64,000 nucleotides of DNA from Vermamoeba vermiformis (lineage: Eukaryota), in NCBI GenBank assembly GCA_045837725.1, contig JBEWZL010000302.1:1-64000 (forward strand), in the 5' to 3' direction. How positions within the stretch are numbered: position 1 is the first letter of the stretch; the number at the start of each line of letters is the position of its first letter. The notes beneath the pieces were generated by a model. The model ran no database searches, was not told the DNA's origin, and saw nothing but the letters and a program-made list of their open reading frames with translations. A program made the position numbers and the translations under genes. Positions 63,247 through 64,000 of the stretch are shown one piece after another.

Positions 63247-63983
63247 TTATGCTAAAACTCCAGCGGAGCCTACTTTAGGCACAATAATATGGAATTATAG
63301 TAGTATATATTATATTAGAGTATAGTACAATGTCTTATAATTGAAAATTAATTCAGAAACACAGCCCAGATATTATAAAATAGAATAAATGATTAGATGT
63401 CGCCGATATATTTAATATAAATATAAAATTATTGAATTAAATATTTGGATTATTTATAATCGTCACACCGTTCTCCGTTTCTGCGTTTATGACGTAAGCG
63501 CGTCACAATAAGGGTAAAAAATTGTAAATAGATAAGTTTTTATCTGATCAGTTTGCCGCGATGGCGTTAACTTCGTTGTGATGGCGATTAACTTGCCGTG
63601 ATGGCATCAAACTCATTCAACATATATATTGCCGTGATGGCCACAACCTCACCGTGATGGTGATAACATTGCTGTGATGGCAAAAGACACCCGGTGCACC
63701 TACAGCCGTGATGGCTTTGACTACACTGTGATGGTGTTATCCTGCCGCGATGGCAGTATGATCTCCGTGATGGAGAAAGTGTTCACCGTGATGGTGACTT
63801 CATAGTAAACCCTTGTAATGTAATAATAAAACCAGATCTACTGCTGCAGATCAACACCTCATAAAATACCACTAATATCTTATTGTTATGATATTATGGT
63901 GTATTATAAATTATATTGTACATATTATGATGGATTTGAGCTATATTGGCCAAAATTTAGGCTCCGCTGGAGTTTTAGCATAA
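63247..63983. mobile_element. 737-bp unit bounded by perfect 26-bp inverted repeats (MITE-like)
   Basis: TTATGCTAAAACTCCAGCGGAGCCTA at 63247-63272 and its exact reverse complement at 63958-63983; AT-rich non-coding interior; TSD ambiguous. Confidence 0.55.
63553..63797 (+). repeat. Array of 11 mini-hairpins, core CC-GYGAT-GG with co-varying outer stems
   Basis: ATGG of each core at 63561, 63581, 63601, 63637, 63657, 63677, 63711, 63731, 63750, 63770 and 63791; spacing mostly 19-21 bp. Confidence 0.9.
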
Positions 63984-64000
63984 AACGTCTTGGATATGAA

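Noticed and set aside
63553-63797. Iron-responsive elements (CCGUGA resembles CAGUGN)
   Set aside because: Covariation places CC paired with GG, leaving a 5-nt loop and no bulged C; the geometry does not fit an IRE.

Overview
Eukaryotic, intron-rich genomic DNA (standard code, mostly 45-120 nt GT-AG introns). An amoebozoan-like protist is my inference from gene content, not a demonstrated identity. Positions ~14.4-63 kb hold about 22 ordinary spliced genes: SUN-domain SLP1, SNF2-RING helicase, DJ-1/PfpI, ALYREF, START, Rab, SDR, RanBP2-ZnF RING, glutamine amidotransferase, ThiF, ependymin-like, metallophosphoesterase, PTTG1IP-like, Rho-like, F-box/SPRY, ADP-ribosylglycohydrolase, M28 peptidase, DH-PX GEF and others. 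The first ~11.3 kb looks like the end of an accessory or mobile island running off the left edge. It carries orphan nuclear proteins, a divergent histone H3 head-to-head with an acidic-tailed BRO-N-like gene, an F-box/ankyrin gene, an array of 26-bp perfect CpG palindromes and a TET/JBP-type dioxygenase that appears C-terminally truncated, and it is bordered by a sharp CpG desert. At the right edge, a 737-bp unit bounded by perfect 26-bp inverted repeats contains 11 short hairpins with a constant GYGAT loop and co-varying stems, a candidate multi-site protein-binding ncRNA. Other oddities are an AT-AC intron with a U2-like donor, a canonical U12 intron, an N-terminally acylated Rab, a pseudo-Rho, and a structured poison intron in ALYREF. 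All gene models were spliced by eye and no searches were run.
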